A stretch of DNA of 64,000 nt, from assembly GCF_001194135.2 (NCBI RefSeq), contig NC_068988.1:80215059-80279058 (forward strand). The letters run 5' to 3'. Within the stretch, counting starts at the first letter, position 1. Every line of letters begins with the position of its first letter. Below are positions 1-11,494 of the stretch, piece after piece. This stretch comes from Octopus bimaculoides (lineage: Eukaryota). Both the position numbers and the translations under genes were made by a program. Below the pieces are notes generated by a model. That model worked only from the letters and a program-made list of their open reading frames with translations. It was not told the DNA's origin and did no database searches.

Positions 1-169
1 TACGTCACACACACACACAAACACACACATACACACTAACAGATAAACAACCAAACCACGCACACACACAAACACACACACACATACATACGCACACACA
101 CATACATACGCACACACACGTTCTGTTATTACACACACACTTGCAGACCCTCGCGCACGCACACATATT

Positions 170-410
170 CACCTCCCCTTTTCACTCTCCTGTCTTAGAA
201 AGAACTTTTCCTCCACCACTTCCTCTTCCGGTCCTTCCACAATGTAACCTCGTGGACATCGGTGTTGATTTTTTCTTTCTCCGTTTTTCCCTTCTTTGAA
301 CTGTCCTTGTTTCCGACGAAGGGCTCTGCTCGAAACGTCATACTCTCTCTCTTTCCTTCCCCGAGCGTCTAATAACACTATCCGTATCACATCCTCACGT
401 TGTTGTTTTT
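170..410 (+). mobile_element. Penelope-like terminal-repeat remnant with hammerhead-like motif
   Basis: CCGACGA-A-GGGC-tct-GCTC-GAAACGTC at 313-339 followed by tcccgagcgt. Same layout as 6870-7050. Confidence 0.5.
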
Positions 411-541
411 TGTCTTTTTTTGAAACTATACACACACACACATACACGCATTGAAATATAATTAAACAAAAACAGTACTTATTAAAACCATCTCAGACAA
501 CATTTTTTAACATGTCTGGTGCCTTCATGCAATACTCATAC

Positions 542-578
<37 letters not shown>

Positions 579-1306
579 ATATGTATGTATATATATATAT
601 ATATANNNNNNNNNNNNNNNNNNNNNNNNNNNNNNNNNNNNNNNNNNNNNNNNNNNNNNNNNNNNNNNNNNNNNNNNNNNNNNNNNNNNNNNNNNNNNNN
701 NNNNNNNNNNNNNNNNNNNNNNNNNNNNNNNNNNNNNNNNNNNNNNNNNNNNNNNNNNNNNNNNNNNNNNNNNNNNNNNNNNNNNNNNNNNNNNNNNNNN
801 NNNNNNNNNNNNNNNNNNNNNNNNNNNNNNNNNNNNNNNNNNNNNNGGTAGAAATATATAAAAAAGAAGTTGAAAAATGCACTGCGATTATGATTACCTG
901 TCATTTATTTGTGTACATCAATAATATATAAGTGCGTGTGCGTGTGTATGTGTGTGTGTGTGTGTGAAAAGGGGGAGCGTCTGTCGCCAAAACTTCAAAG
1001 TTGGGTGACGTTTTCATGCTTGGATTTGTAAACTACGATAAGAATAACACTGGTCATCAAAGAATTTGTCCCAAGAAAAAGAATACCTGTAACTTGTATG
1101 TTTTTGCATTCAGAATTCAAAAATAGTGTCAAATTATCTGTGCTAAGTTCACACATTCCATTCACCTTCATAATGTCAAGAAACTGTATAAACATCGCAT
1201 ACAACTTTTGCTATTTTGGCGAAAAGTATCTATAAATTTTCATTAAAACAAAACACGTGGTGTGAAGAACCACAACAACATGCGGATGGACATAACACAA
1301 TGTGCG

Positions 1307-1320
1307 GTTGTCATGGTAAC
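1307..1320. promoter_or_regulatory. RFX X-box-like palindrome with nearby reverse CCAAT boxes
   Basis: GTTGTCATGGTAAC. ATTGG at 1348-1352 (AACCAATCAA on minus) and 1423-1427. Confidence 0.35.
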
Positions 1321-3146
1321 AAGCTGTTAATGCCTCGCTGTCTATTGATTGGTTAGAATTACCCAAATTTCCCAACTTTAATTCTAAATAACATCAGATT
1401 CTTTAATTTACGAGATTAAGTAATTGGTTGATCGCAACCAAAATTCAGAGTTGCATTGATACACCAAAATTGAAAACAATCTGAGCAAAACTAAAGAGGG
1501 CTCATTTTGCGAATGAAAACGACTAGATCCATGCTATATTCCGTTTGGAACGTGGTAGAGTACAATATAAAGCTCATCTACCTTCAGAATTACTCCGTAC
1601 TATCGGTGGTATTATTATATACTTCCAAGTTTAAGTTTGGACATTCATCGTGTGTGAACGTAAAATTGAAGAGATAAGAAGAAGGAGTACGGTTGGACAT
1701 TTGTTTATTATTTGCTACAATTGTCTCGGCGCAACGTAGTACTTCAAGAATACAGGTATTTGATTATGCAACTGTTTATTTGCATAGTGAAATTTAATTG
1801 TGTTTCCTCAGAAAATATACGAGTGTTGTCTCCGTTAGTTTAAAATCGGCGACTTCACGACCATCTTTTCTGTTTGCCGTGGTTTAAATTGAGTTGTGGC
1901 TGAGAGACCCATGGTGTTTGCCGCGAAAGTGCATTTGTCGGACTGCTGTGAATAGTAATAGATGGTCCTGGCTGGCATTTAAGTGGGATTGGTCTTTTAT
2001 TTGTTTGTTCTTCATGTTTAGCTACACATGTAGATCAGTCTAAGACCAGCGATATAAACAAATAAAAGACTAATCCCATTTAAATGCCAGCCAGTACCAT
2101 CTACTACCATTCATAGCTGTCCGACAAACATGTTCTCACGGCAAACACCATGAGTCTATCAGCCACTACTAAATTCAAACCACGACGAACAGAGAAGATG
2201 GCCTTGAGGTTGACGATTTTAAACTAACGGAGACAACACTCATATATCGCCAAAGGAAACACAACTAGCTCTCATTATGCAAACAAACAGCTGCATAATC
2301 AAATACCTGTATTCTTGGAGAACTATGTTGTGTCGGAAACAATTATAGTGAATAATAAATAAATATCCTCCTGTTCTCCTTCTTCACTCCAATTTCTTCA
2401 ATTTTACACACACACACATATATATCACACATACATACATACACACACACACAAACACACACACACACACACACATACGTGTATATATATATANNNNNNN
2501 NNNNNNNNNNNNNNNNNNNNNNNNNNNNNNNNNNNNNNNNNNNNNNNNNNNNNNNNNNNNNNNNNNNNNNNNNNNNNNNNNNNNNNNNNNNNNNNNNNNN
2601 NNNNNNNNNNNNNNNNNNNNNNNNNNNNNNNNNNNNNNNNNNNNNNNNNNNNNNNNNNNNNNNNNNNNNNNNNNNNNNNNNNNNNNNNNNNNNNNNNNNN
2701 NNNNNNNNNNNNNNNNNNNNNNNNNNNNNNNNNNNNNNNNNNNNNNNNNNNNNNNNNNNNNNNNNNNNNNNNNNNNNNNNNNNNNNNNNNNNNNNNNNNN
2801 NNNNNNNNNNNNNNNNNNNNNNNNNNNNNNNNNNNNNNNNNNNNNNNNNNNNNNNNNNNNNNNNNNNNNNNNNNNNNNNNNNNNNNNNNNNNNNNNNNNN
2901 NNNNNNNNNNNNNNNNNNNNNNNNNNNNNNNNNNNNNNNNNNNNNNNNNNNNNNNNNNNNNNNNNNNNNNNNNNNNNNNNNNNNNNNNNNNNNNNNNNNN
3001 NNNNNNNNNNNNNNNNNNNNNNNNNNNNNNNNNNNNNNNNNNNNNNNNNNNNNNNNNNNNNNNNNNNNNNNNNNNNNNNNNNNNNNNNNNNNNNNNNNNN
3101 NNNNNNNNNNNNNNNNNNNNNNNNNNNNNNNNNNNNNNNNNNNNNN

Positions 3147-3189
<43 letters not shown>

Positions 3190-3659
3190 TTTTCTTTTAC
3201 TTGTTTCAGTCATTAGACTGCAGTTATGCTGGGACACCGCCTTGAAGTGCATGCACACGTGTGTGTATGTGCGCATATTACACATTTACTTTTTAGACGA
3301 ATATTTATTAACCTGCACTCATAAGCACACACACATAAATCTATGCGTACATACCTAAGTATGTTAACTTCTGTTAAATTTTAAATGTTATACCTTATTT
3401 GAAAGTAAAATACTCAGACTGAAAAGAAATCTCATAGTTTCACATGTAAAGAACTCTATTTCTGGAAAAAAAATATGTTTGATATATTTGTAGCAGAGCA
3501 AAATTATTTTGTTTTTAAAAAGCTCTTATGAAAAAATTATATGGTGTAAGGGCAAACTATTTTTAACTAACATCTTCTTGGACTATATCTTTCATACTAT
3601 TAAATTACTTTAATAACATCTTCTTACACTATATCTGTCATAATATTCTTTTCTACTCT

Positions 3660-3838
3660 AAACACAAGGCCCAAAATTTTGGGGAGGGGACAGCTGATTA
3701 GATCGATCCCCAGTACACAACTGGTATTTAATTTATCGACCCCAAAAGGGTGAAAGGCAAAGTCGACCTCAGCGGAATTTGAACTCAGAACGTAAAGACA
3801 GACGAAACACTGCTAAGCATTTCACCTGGCGGACTAAT
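3660..3838 (-). mobile_element. tRNA-derived SINE, family A (Meta-domain-like core)
   Basis: Reverse complement of the family core gagttcaaattccgc.gaggtcgactttgcctttcatccttt.ggggtcgataaattaa.tacc. Confidence 0.8.
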
Positions 3839-4389
3839 ATCTGTCATAATATTAAATTGCTTTATAGCATCAATAGATTTCAATTGACATTTTCTTTCCT
3901 TCATTTTTTCATTCTTTCCTCCCTTGTTTCTCCAATTCTGCCCAGTTATGGGTGGTACCAACATGTTGCGAATTTTTTCCTAGTTTTGAAGGTGTTATGT
4001 TATTAAAAGACCCCTTCTTTTTAAGGACTAGATGTCAGACTCTTGTAGGTTTTGTCATAGAAAGACATAGATTCAGTACAAGAAGCAAACAAAACAACTA
4101 GCTGCTTTTAGTGCTGGACCATGTTCTGGCACATTCTGCCAGTTGTTAATTATAATTTTTAAAATTTAGTTTGATTGATAATACAACAAATTCAATTGAA
4201 ATATGTTTATTGTCAAATATTTCTAAAAAAAAAAAAAAAGGCACAAAAGATGAATTCTAATGTTTTCTGATCTAAATTACTGTTTTCATATATATGGCAA
4301 ATATATGATAAATATGTGTAAAATATATATGTATGGCAAATATGCCACTTCCGGCTGATTATGTATTAGGCTCGTTAACACAGTCATAC

Positions 4390-4395
4390 TTTATT
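4390..4395 (-). terminator. Candidate polyadenylation signal (AATAAA) of the CERKL-like gene
   Basis: tttatt on + strand, about 235 nt downstream of the stop codon. No transcript evidence. Confidence 0.3.
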
Positions 4396-4416
4396 GGTTA
4401 GTAATCAAAGAGGAAT

Positions 4417-4517
4417 GGTTAACATAGCCTTGGTTGGTTAAAAGTCACAAATCGTTGGTTAACATAGCCACAATTGGTTGGTTAATAGTCACAAATCGTT
4501 GGTTAACATAGCCACAA
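4417..4517. repeat. Short tandem repeat (about 43-bp dimeric unit) in the CERKL-like 3' UTR
   Basis: ggttaacatagcc x3 alternating with ggttaa(a/t)agtcacaaatcgtt x2. Confidence 0.75.
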
Positions 4518-4629
4518 CAAAAAGTTGTTATGAACAATAGTATTACATTGTTTTTGGTTTTTTTTTCTATCAATATTTGGCAAAATTTTAATTTGAGAGT
4601 TGCTGCAGAATAAGCAAAAATTTCATGGT

Positions 4630-4723
4630 TCAAGTAAACAAACAACTCATCTTCGGCTCATCTGCTTCCGTGTAACTGTTCAGGGTTCCTTCTCCACAAA
4701 TCTTTAACACTGCATGATGAACT
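4630..4723 (-). CDS. CERKL: CERKL-like terminal coding exon
   Basis: ttctttttAG acceptor. Encodes (R)VHHAVLKICGEGTLNSYTEADEPKMSCLFT then TGA, matching the R(V/L)H..L.....G C-terminal motif. 94 bp. Confidence 0.88.
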
Positions 4724-5237
4724 CTAAAAAGAAAACAAAACTAGGTATTTAAAATGTAGTTTTGGCACTTTTAGCTTGAGGGTTCCATTTCACAACAAGA
4801 TACAAGTAAAATTATTTATTTTTACATGATTTTTAAAATACACAAAAATATGAACCTCAGGCTAGCTAATTTGAAGCAATACTAAGATTTTGAGTTTTAT
4901 CTTCCAGTATCACATTTAAATATATGTGCCTTGAAACTCAAAATTATTATTGTGAGTTCTTGATCTATAAATATCATATCATACATGTCATCTACTTCTT
5001 AAATAACATAAGCTGCAGTAGTAACAAAATTCCACTTTTTACACTTTTCTACAGTCAGATGTCCTTTCAAAATGAGGTAAAATTTCCCCTCAAAGAACAA
5101 GGGGACATATTTTCATAGAAAATTGGAAAAAAATAACATCACTTATATAAAGGAAGTGCTTGCTTATAACTAATACATGACATTCAAACAAAAGAATACA
5201 ATCACATCCACACACACATATGCATGTCACACAGATT

Positions 5238-5281
<44 letters not shown>

Positions 5282-5509
5282 NNNNNNNNNNNNNNNNNNN
5301 NNNNNNNNNNNNNNNNNNNNNNNNNNNNNNNNNNNNNNNNNNNNNNNNNNNNNNNNNNNNNNNNNNNNNNNNNNNNNNNNNNNNNNNNNNNNNNNNNNNN
5401 NNNNNNNNNNNNNNNNNNNNNNNNNNNNNNNNNNNNNNNNNNNNNNNNNNNNNNNNNNNNNNNNNNNNNNNNNNNNNNNNNNNNNNNNNNNNNNNNNNNN
5501 NNNNNNNNN

Positions 5510-5610
<101 letters not shown>

Positions 5611-5660
5611 TACATATTCACATATATATACATATAATATATACATACACACACACATAT

Positions 5661-6832
5661 CATCATCATCATCATCATCATCATTATTTAATGCCAATTG
5701 GCATGGGTTGGATGGTTTGACAGGGCTAGCACACTGGAAGGCGGCACCAGACTCCAGCCTGATTTGGCATGGTTTTCTATGGCTGGATGGCCTTCCTAAC
5801 ACCAACCACTCCAAGAGTGTAATGAGTGCTTTTATGTGCCATTTGCATGACACCAGGGTACTTTTACATGCCACCAGTATGGGTGCCATATTGCGTGACA
5901 CTGGTATCTGCCATGACTGCAATTTTGCTCAGCTTGATGGATCTTATTCTCAAGCACAACATAATGCCAAAGGTCTCAGTCATTGCCTTTGTGAGGCCCA
6001 ACACTCAAAAGAAACTCAGTCACTTTGCTTTCATGAGGCCCAATGCTCAAAAGGTACTCAGCCACTTTGTCTCTGTGAGGTCCAATGATTGAAAGGTGTT
6101 CTTTACATGCCACCAGCATGGATACACTTGGCTTGATGGGTCCTCTCAAGCACAGCACATCACCAAATGTCTCGATCACTAGTCATTGCCTCTGTGAGGT
6201 TCAAAGTTCGATCAGAAAAAGTTCTCTGTATAAGGCCTGTACAGCCCTTATTAACCATTCGTTAATCCCCAGTTTCTGCATCGCCCACCAGATAAGGGAT
6301 TGGAGGACCCTGTCAAAGGCTTTCTCCAAGTCTACAAAAGCCAAGTACAGAGGTTTATCTTTGGCTAGGTATTTCTCCTGCAGTTGCCATACCAGGAATA
6401 TGGTATCAATGGTGCTTCTACCTGGCACAAAACCGAACTGCATCTCATCTAAGCAGACTCTCTCCCTAATTAGTTGGGCTATGACCCTCTCCGTGACCTT
6501 CATCACCTGGTCCAGCAGTTTGATACCCCTGCAGTTATTTCTATTTAAAGCGTCACCATTACCTTTGTTTTTTGCTAAGTTAACTTTAAGGCCCTTTGAT
6601 TCTAGACCATGCTCCCATACCTGGAACTTTTTCTCAAGTTCAGGTTGTAATTCAGCTATAAGAGCAAGGTTATCACCAAAGAGGAGCTTCCAGGGGCATC
6701 CTTTCTTGAATTCCTCTGTTATTGCCTGGAGGACTATGATGAACAAGAGGGGGCTGAGTACTGATCCTTGGTGAATCCCTGCTTATACCCTGAAATCTTC
6801 GTAGTTATTGCCAACCCTCACCTTACTGGTAG

Positions 6833-6834
<2 letters not shown>
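5661..6834 (-). mobile_element. RTE-clade LINE remnant with rearranged RT segments, 3' UTR and (GAT)n tail
   Basis: Motifs GIHQGSVLSPLLF, LLFGDNL (YADD position), QFGFVPGRSTIDTIF and LAFVDLEKAFDRV. 3' UTR shared with 45840-47517. Confidence 0.9.
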
Positions 6835-6869
<35 letters not shown>

Positions 6870-6871
<2 letters not shown>

Positions 6872-7050
6872 AGATCGCTGACCACAACATTCAAACTTTT
6901 TTTCTCCATGATTTTCTCCTTGTTTTCTCCTTATTCTTTCTGTTGAAGAGCGTAGCTCGAAACGTTAAAGACTTTCTCTATTCCCGAGCGTTAAACTAAT
7001 ACATCCTTTTGTTGTTTACACCACCTGTCCTTCTCTGTTGTTGTTTTTTT
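6870..7050 (+). mobile_element. Penelope-like terminal-repeat remnant with hammerhead-like motif
   Basis: TCTTT-CTGTTGA-A-GAGC-gta-GCTC-GAAACGTT-AAAGA at 6935-6971. Confidence 0.55.
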
Positions 7051-7061
7051 CGTAAATTCTC

Positions 7062-7143
<82 letters not shown>

Positions 7144-7479
7144 GCATACAAACACACACACATGCATATGCATATATATACACACACACACTGTATATAT
7201 ATTCATGCACATACAAATGCACGCACACGCACACACATACACAAATACACACACACACACTCACACAAATACACACACACACACTCACACACCCTCACGC
7301 ACACACACACACACACATATATATACCCATTTCTGAGGATTAGAATAATAAGGGAGTGTCTAAGTCAATACAGAAGAAATCATAAGAGGCTTTATTTGGA
7401 GGACACTGGTTTTCTGACTCTTCAATTTCTTTGTGGATACAACTGAATATTTATTATATGCACCCATACAATAATTATC

Positions 7480-7745
7480 ATTAATTAGACATACATAGAG
7501 ATTTTTTGCATACAGTCATACAATGATAACTATTTATCACATGAACTCATACCACAGTTATGGTTAATTAGATGTAAATATTTATCACATGCACTCATAC
7601 AGTAATTATAGTTAATTAGATATAAATATTTATCACATGCACTCATTGTTAATTAGATATAAACATTTATCACATGAGCTTAAACAACAGTAATTAGATA
7701 TAATTAGCTATTACATGCACTCAGACAATAATTATCATCATTTAA
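7480..7745. repeat. Degenerate minisatellite (about 37-bp unit, gttaattagatataaatatttatcacatgcactcat)
   Basis: At least 5 recognisable copies. Confidence 0.75.
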
Positions 7746-9044
7746 ATGACTGCATTGATTTGGTTATATGATGCATGTGAACATGGATGGTTGTATAAAA
7801 AAGTGCCAATCATTTACAGTAGACAGAAAAAGGAAACCCAGGAAGATGTGGAATAAGGTGGTAAAGGTTGATCTCAGGACATTGAGCCTCGGAGGAAATA
7901 ATAAAGGACCAAGGTAACTGTGTACGCAGTTCTTGAGAACCGCTCAGCTATACTAGCACAGCTTGACTGAAGTTCTGATAACATAATGCAAAAACATTCA
8001 AATGAGGTTGTGAAAGTTTGTGTATGTACACTATGTACTGGTCTGGTCACCTAGTAACTTTGTCAAATCTACAACTGCCTTTTTTTCTTCCCTCTTGCCC
8101 CACTCAGTCAATGGGTCCCTTCACAGAACCAATCATCATCATCCATCCCATCCATATTTACCATCACCCACCACACTCTTGTTTTAATTATCTCTCACTC
8201 TACACTCCCACTCTTGCAACTGTTAACCCCCACCTTTTATCTCATTGTTCAATCCCCATCACTCTTCTACCTACTGTATTATTCTGCTGATCTAAGTAAT
8301 TAAATTAGAACCAGTTATTACAAATCATTTATCACCATTTCTGTGCTGCCAGTCATCACTCCTCCTCTGTTGAGTTACTCCCAATTGACAGCCATCCATC
8401 AATTTTGTGTTCTCTCCATTCATACTTACCATCAATCAACTTCCCACTCTGTTCATCATTCACACCATTCCTATCCTATATACATCTAACCAGCAACATC
8501 CCATGCTTATATCCATCTCTCACTTTCCCTTCACATTCTTGCAGCTTTATCAACCTCTGCTGATTCTCCTGTATCCATACTCTCTTCTAATCATATTCTT
8601 GGACATGTCACATTGAGGGGGTATAATCTGGCACATTGTCACTTTTACATTTACTGCTCTTTGTAGCACCATTCCAAACACTCTCACCCACTCATGCAAA
8701 ATACAAAGTAGTCATGCATCTCCTCCCCAACAAACCTGCCACAATTCCTTCCATCATACTTTGACTTTCAGCTCCTCAAATAAAACAATTGCTTTATTCT
8801 CTATTCTCCCTCTTTGGCAAGGATTGTCTTGCAAGTTACAAAGCAACCTCATTAGAGCGATGGCATGAAAAACCAGAACACTTATAAAGCGGTGAGGAAT
8901 AGATACCTCACAACTAAAATAACTGAGTTATGCAAAATAAAGTGTCCTGCTCAGAAACAATGAAATGACTGCTACAGGTTTCACCTCACTGCCATTATGG
9001 TTAATGGTCTACCTCCTTATATCAATTTCAAATTTTGGCACAAG

Positions 9045-9240
9045 GCCAGCAGTTTCAGGGGAGGGGACAAGTTGATTACATCGACCCAAGGGTTCAACTG
9101 CTACTTATTTTATCAACCCCAAAAGGGAGGAAAGGCAAAGTGAACCTCAGTGGAAATTGAACTCAGAACATAAAGACAGATAAAATGCCACAAAGCATTT
9201 TGCCTAGCTTGCTAATGATTCTACCAGCTCACTGCCTTTC
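9045..9240 (-). mobile_element. SINE family A
   Basis: Same core as 3660-3838, reverse orientation. Confidence 0.8.
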
Positions 9241-9389
9241 TACCTCCTTATATTCTCAACTGTTTTGCCTCTACAAATGAATTATACAAAACAATCCACT
9301 CAACTTGCTAAAAGTAACAGCCAGCTCTCCTATGAATCATATTCTACCATCTTGAAAATAGAAAGAATTATTTGTTATATGGTCTAAGT

Positions 9390-9705
9390 CAGTCCTTCTC
9401 AAACTATCTGATGTGGGGTACAGGCAGTTTTTTTTTCCAGTGTGTCAGCAGGGACCGGTAATATTTCTTAGTAATATTAATTCATACCAGAAACAATATA
9501 TATAATGAATACAATAAAAGTTGGCAATTTTTTGTCCTTTTATATTTATTTTGTAAACAAATAATACAATATTACATAAGCATTTTATAAGCATTTCATA
9601 AGCTATTTATAATGTTTCTTTCTTTTCTGGAAACTCACCGCATACTGGCAGCTGATGGCTCACAGACCAGCACCAGTCCTCGGACCACCACTTTTAGTAG
9701 CACTG
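9390..9705. mobile_element. Non-autonomous hAT (Charlie-like) MITE with 8-bp TSD
   Basis: GTCTAAGT directly repeated at 9382-9389 and 9706-9713. Imperfect TIRs CAGTCCTTCTCAAAC / CTTTTAGTAGCACTG. Confidence 0.8.
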
Positions 9706-10052
9706 GTCTAAGTAATGTAGGATAGTCATGGCTGGAAACCTTTGATTAATAGGTCTGGTGGATCAGTGCTCACTGGGGCCAAACAATGACTGAAATACGA
9801 TGAGCCTACAAGGGTTCTTCTACATATCTGCTTGACTTACAAGAAATAGCAACTGAATCTCCTTCAGAACACACACTGACATCTTGAGAAAGAAAAGCAT
9901 ACCTTAGATAATGTGGTCCCTAAAAAAAATTTAATGATCACAGCTTGATTGCCTTTGATTGTAGGCCTTCTTGACTCAATCAGAGCTGACTTGGAACTTC
10001 ACAACAACAGTTAGTCACACACATAATTAATATGGAAACTGTTCAACTGTAC

Positions 10053-10201
10053 CTGAATTCTAAATCTAAGGGAGGGTTAGGTTCATTGTCCACATTCCAG
10101 ATTGATAAAGAACGAGTGTCAGCTTTAGCTTTTTTCTTCTTCTTGTTTGTTGACCCCTTACGACTTGCACTTGTAGAACTACTGTCTCCTGAGTCAGAAC
10201 C
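10053..10201 (-). CDS. CERKL: CERKL-like exon with Ser-rich/polybasic segment and WNVD motif
   Basis: catacAG acceptor and AG|GTACAG donor. Encodes GSDSGDSSSTSASRKGSTNKKKKKAKADTRSLSIWNVDNEPNPPLDLEF(R). 149 bp, phase 0/2. Confidence 0.88.
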
Positions 10202-10627
10202 CTGTATGGAACAAGAAAAATATTTCATTACTAACAGAAGAAAAAAATAATTTCTATTTTTAAGGAATTTTGCTCCTGTATTTTCCTGTAATAAAGGATG
10301 AAAGTTTGTTTCTCATTTACTTATGAAAGCTGAAGAATAATTTGAAGATTACTTCATTTTGTATTCTCTAAATTGCAAAAGTTTAGTATACTTTCTTCTT
10401 TAAGCATATGGAGGTTGGTTGTAGTTTATTTAATCAACACTAATAATATGTTACTGATACCTGTGTAAGCAACTCTGAAGGGATAAAAGATTTAGTTAAC
10501 ACTGGCAAAACTTGAACCAATAAAGCAAAACTGAACTAGCTCCACCTCCATCACCTTCAATGTGAGTTTAATATGGTAATCAGTTGCTGTTGTTGTTGTT
10601 GTTGTTGTTATTATTATTATTATTATT

Positions 10628-11082
10628 AAGGCGGCAATCTGGTAGAATCATTAGCACACTAGACGAAATGTTTAGTGGTATTTTGCTTGTTGATACATTC
10701 TGAGTTCAAATTCTGCTGCAATCAACTTTGCCTTTCATCCTTTTGAGGCAATACACTGGGTGAAACACTGAGGGTGGGGGTGGGGGTCGATCTAATCGAC
10801 TTGTCCCCTTCCCCAAAGTGGCTCCCCTTGTGGCAAAGCTTGAAACCATTATTATTATTGTTGTTATTTTTATTAAAGTGGTGAGCTGGCAGAATTGTTA
10901 GCGTGCTGGATGAAATGCTGATCAGCATTTCGCCTGTCACAACATTCTGAGTACAAATTCTGCTGAGGTCAACCTTGCCTTTCATCCTTTCGGGGTAAAT
11001 AAAATAAGTACCAGTTGAACACTGGGGTTGATGTAATTACCTTAATGCCCTCCCTCAAGCTGCCCTTGTGGCAAAATTTGAA

Positions 11083-11083
<1 letters not shown>
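10628..11083 (+). mobile_element. Two tandem family A SINEs separated and flanked by (ATT/GTT)n
   Basis: Copies at about 10628-10846 and 10875-11083. A-box-like TGGCAGAAT and B-box-like GAGTTCAAATTC. Confidence 0.85.
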
Positions 11084-11137
<54 letters not shown>

Positions 11138-11494
11138 GGATTATGATTATTGTTGTTGTTGTGTTTAATAATGATGTTTTACACAGAGCGAGAGGTGTGG
11201 GACATAAAGCATATCTAGGTGAATTGATTGATTACAAGGCAACCAGTTGAGAGGTAAATTGCTCTTTGAAATTTTTGTTGTTTTCATGATAAAGATACTA
11301 AAGTTTCAAGAGCCAAGCTCAACCTAGTTCTAAATAGGTACCATAAGTGATACAACTTATAAGTATAAACTACAGTACTGTATAAATCCAGTACTGTGTT
11401 ATTTATTGACTTGTGGTGTTGAGTTCAATGCCACTACAAGTAAAACTGAAAAAACTACCTGCAGAGACCAACATCCTACCCAAAAGTTAAAATA

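Noticed and set aside
512-3285. ORFs with long X runs or YI/CV/HT dipeptide runs (here and at 5.2, 7.0, 16.5, 28.5, 42-44.7, 49.5, 50.6 and 59 kb)
   Set aside because: They are translations of N gaps and (TA)n/(CA)n/(TATG)n microsatellites, not genes.
6201-6746. 181-aa RT ORF as a functional gene
   Set aside because: It is a rearranged RTE fragment with YADD mutated to FGDN and an upstream stop.
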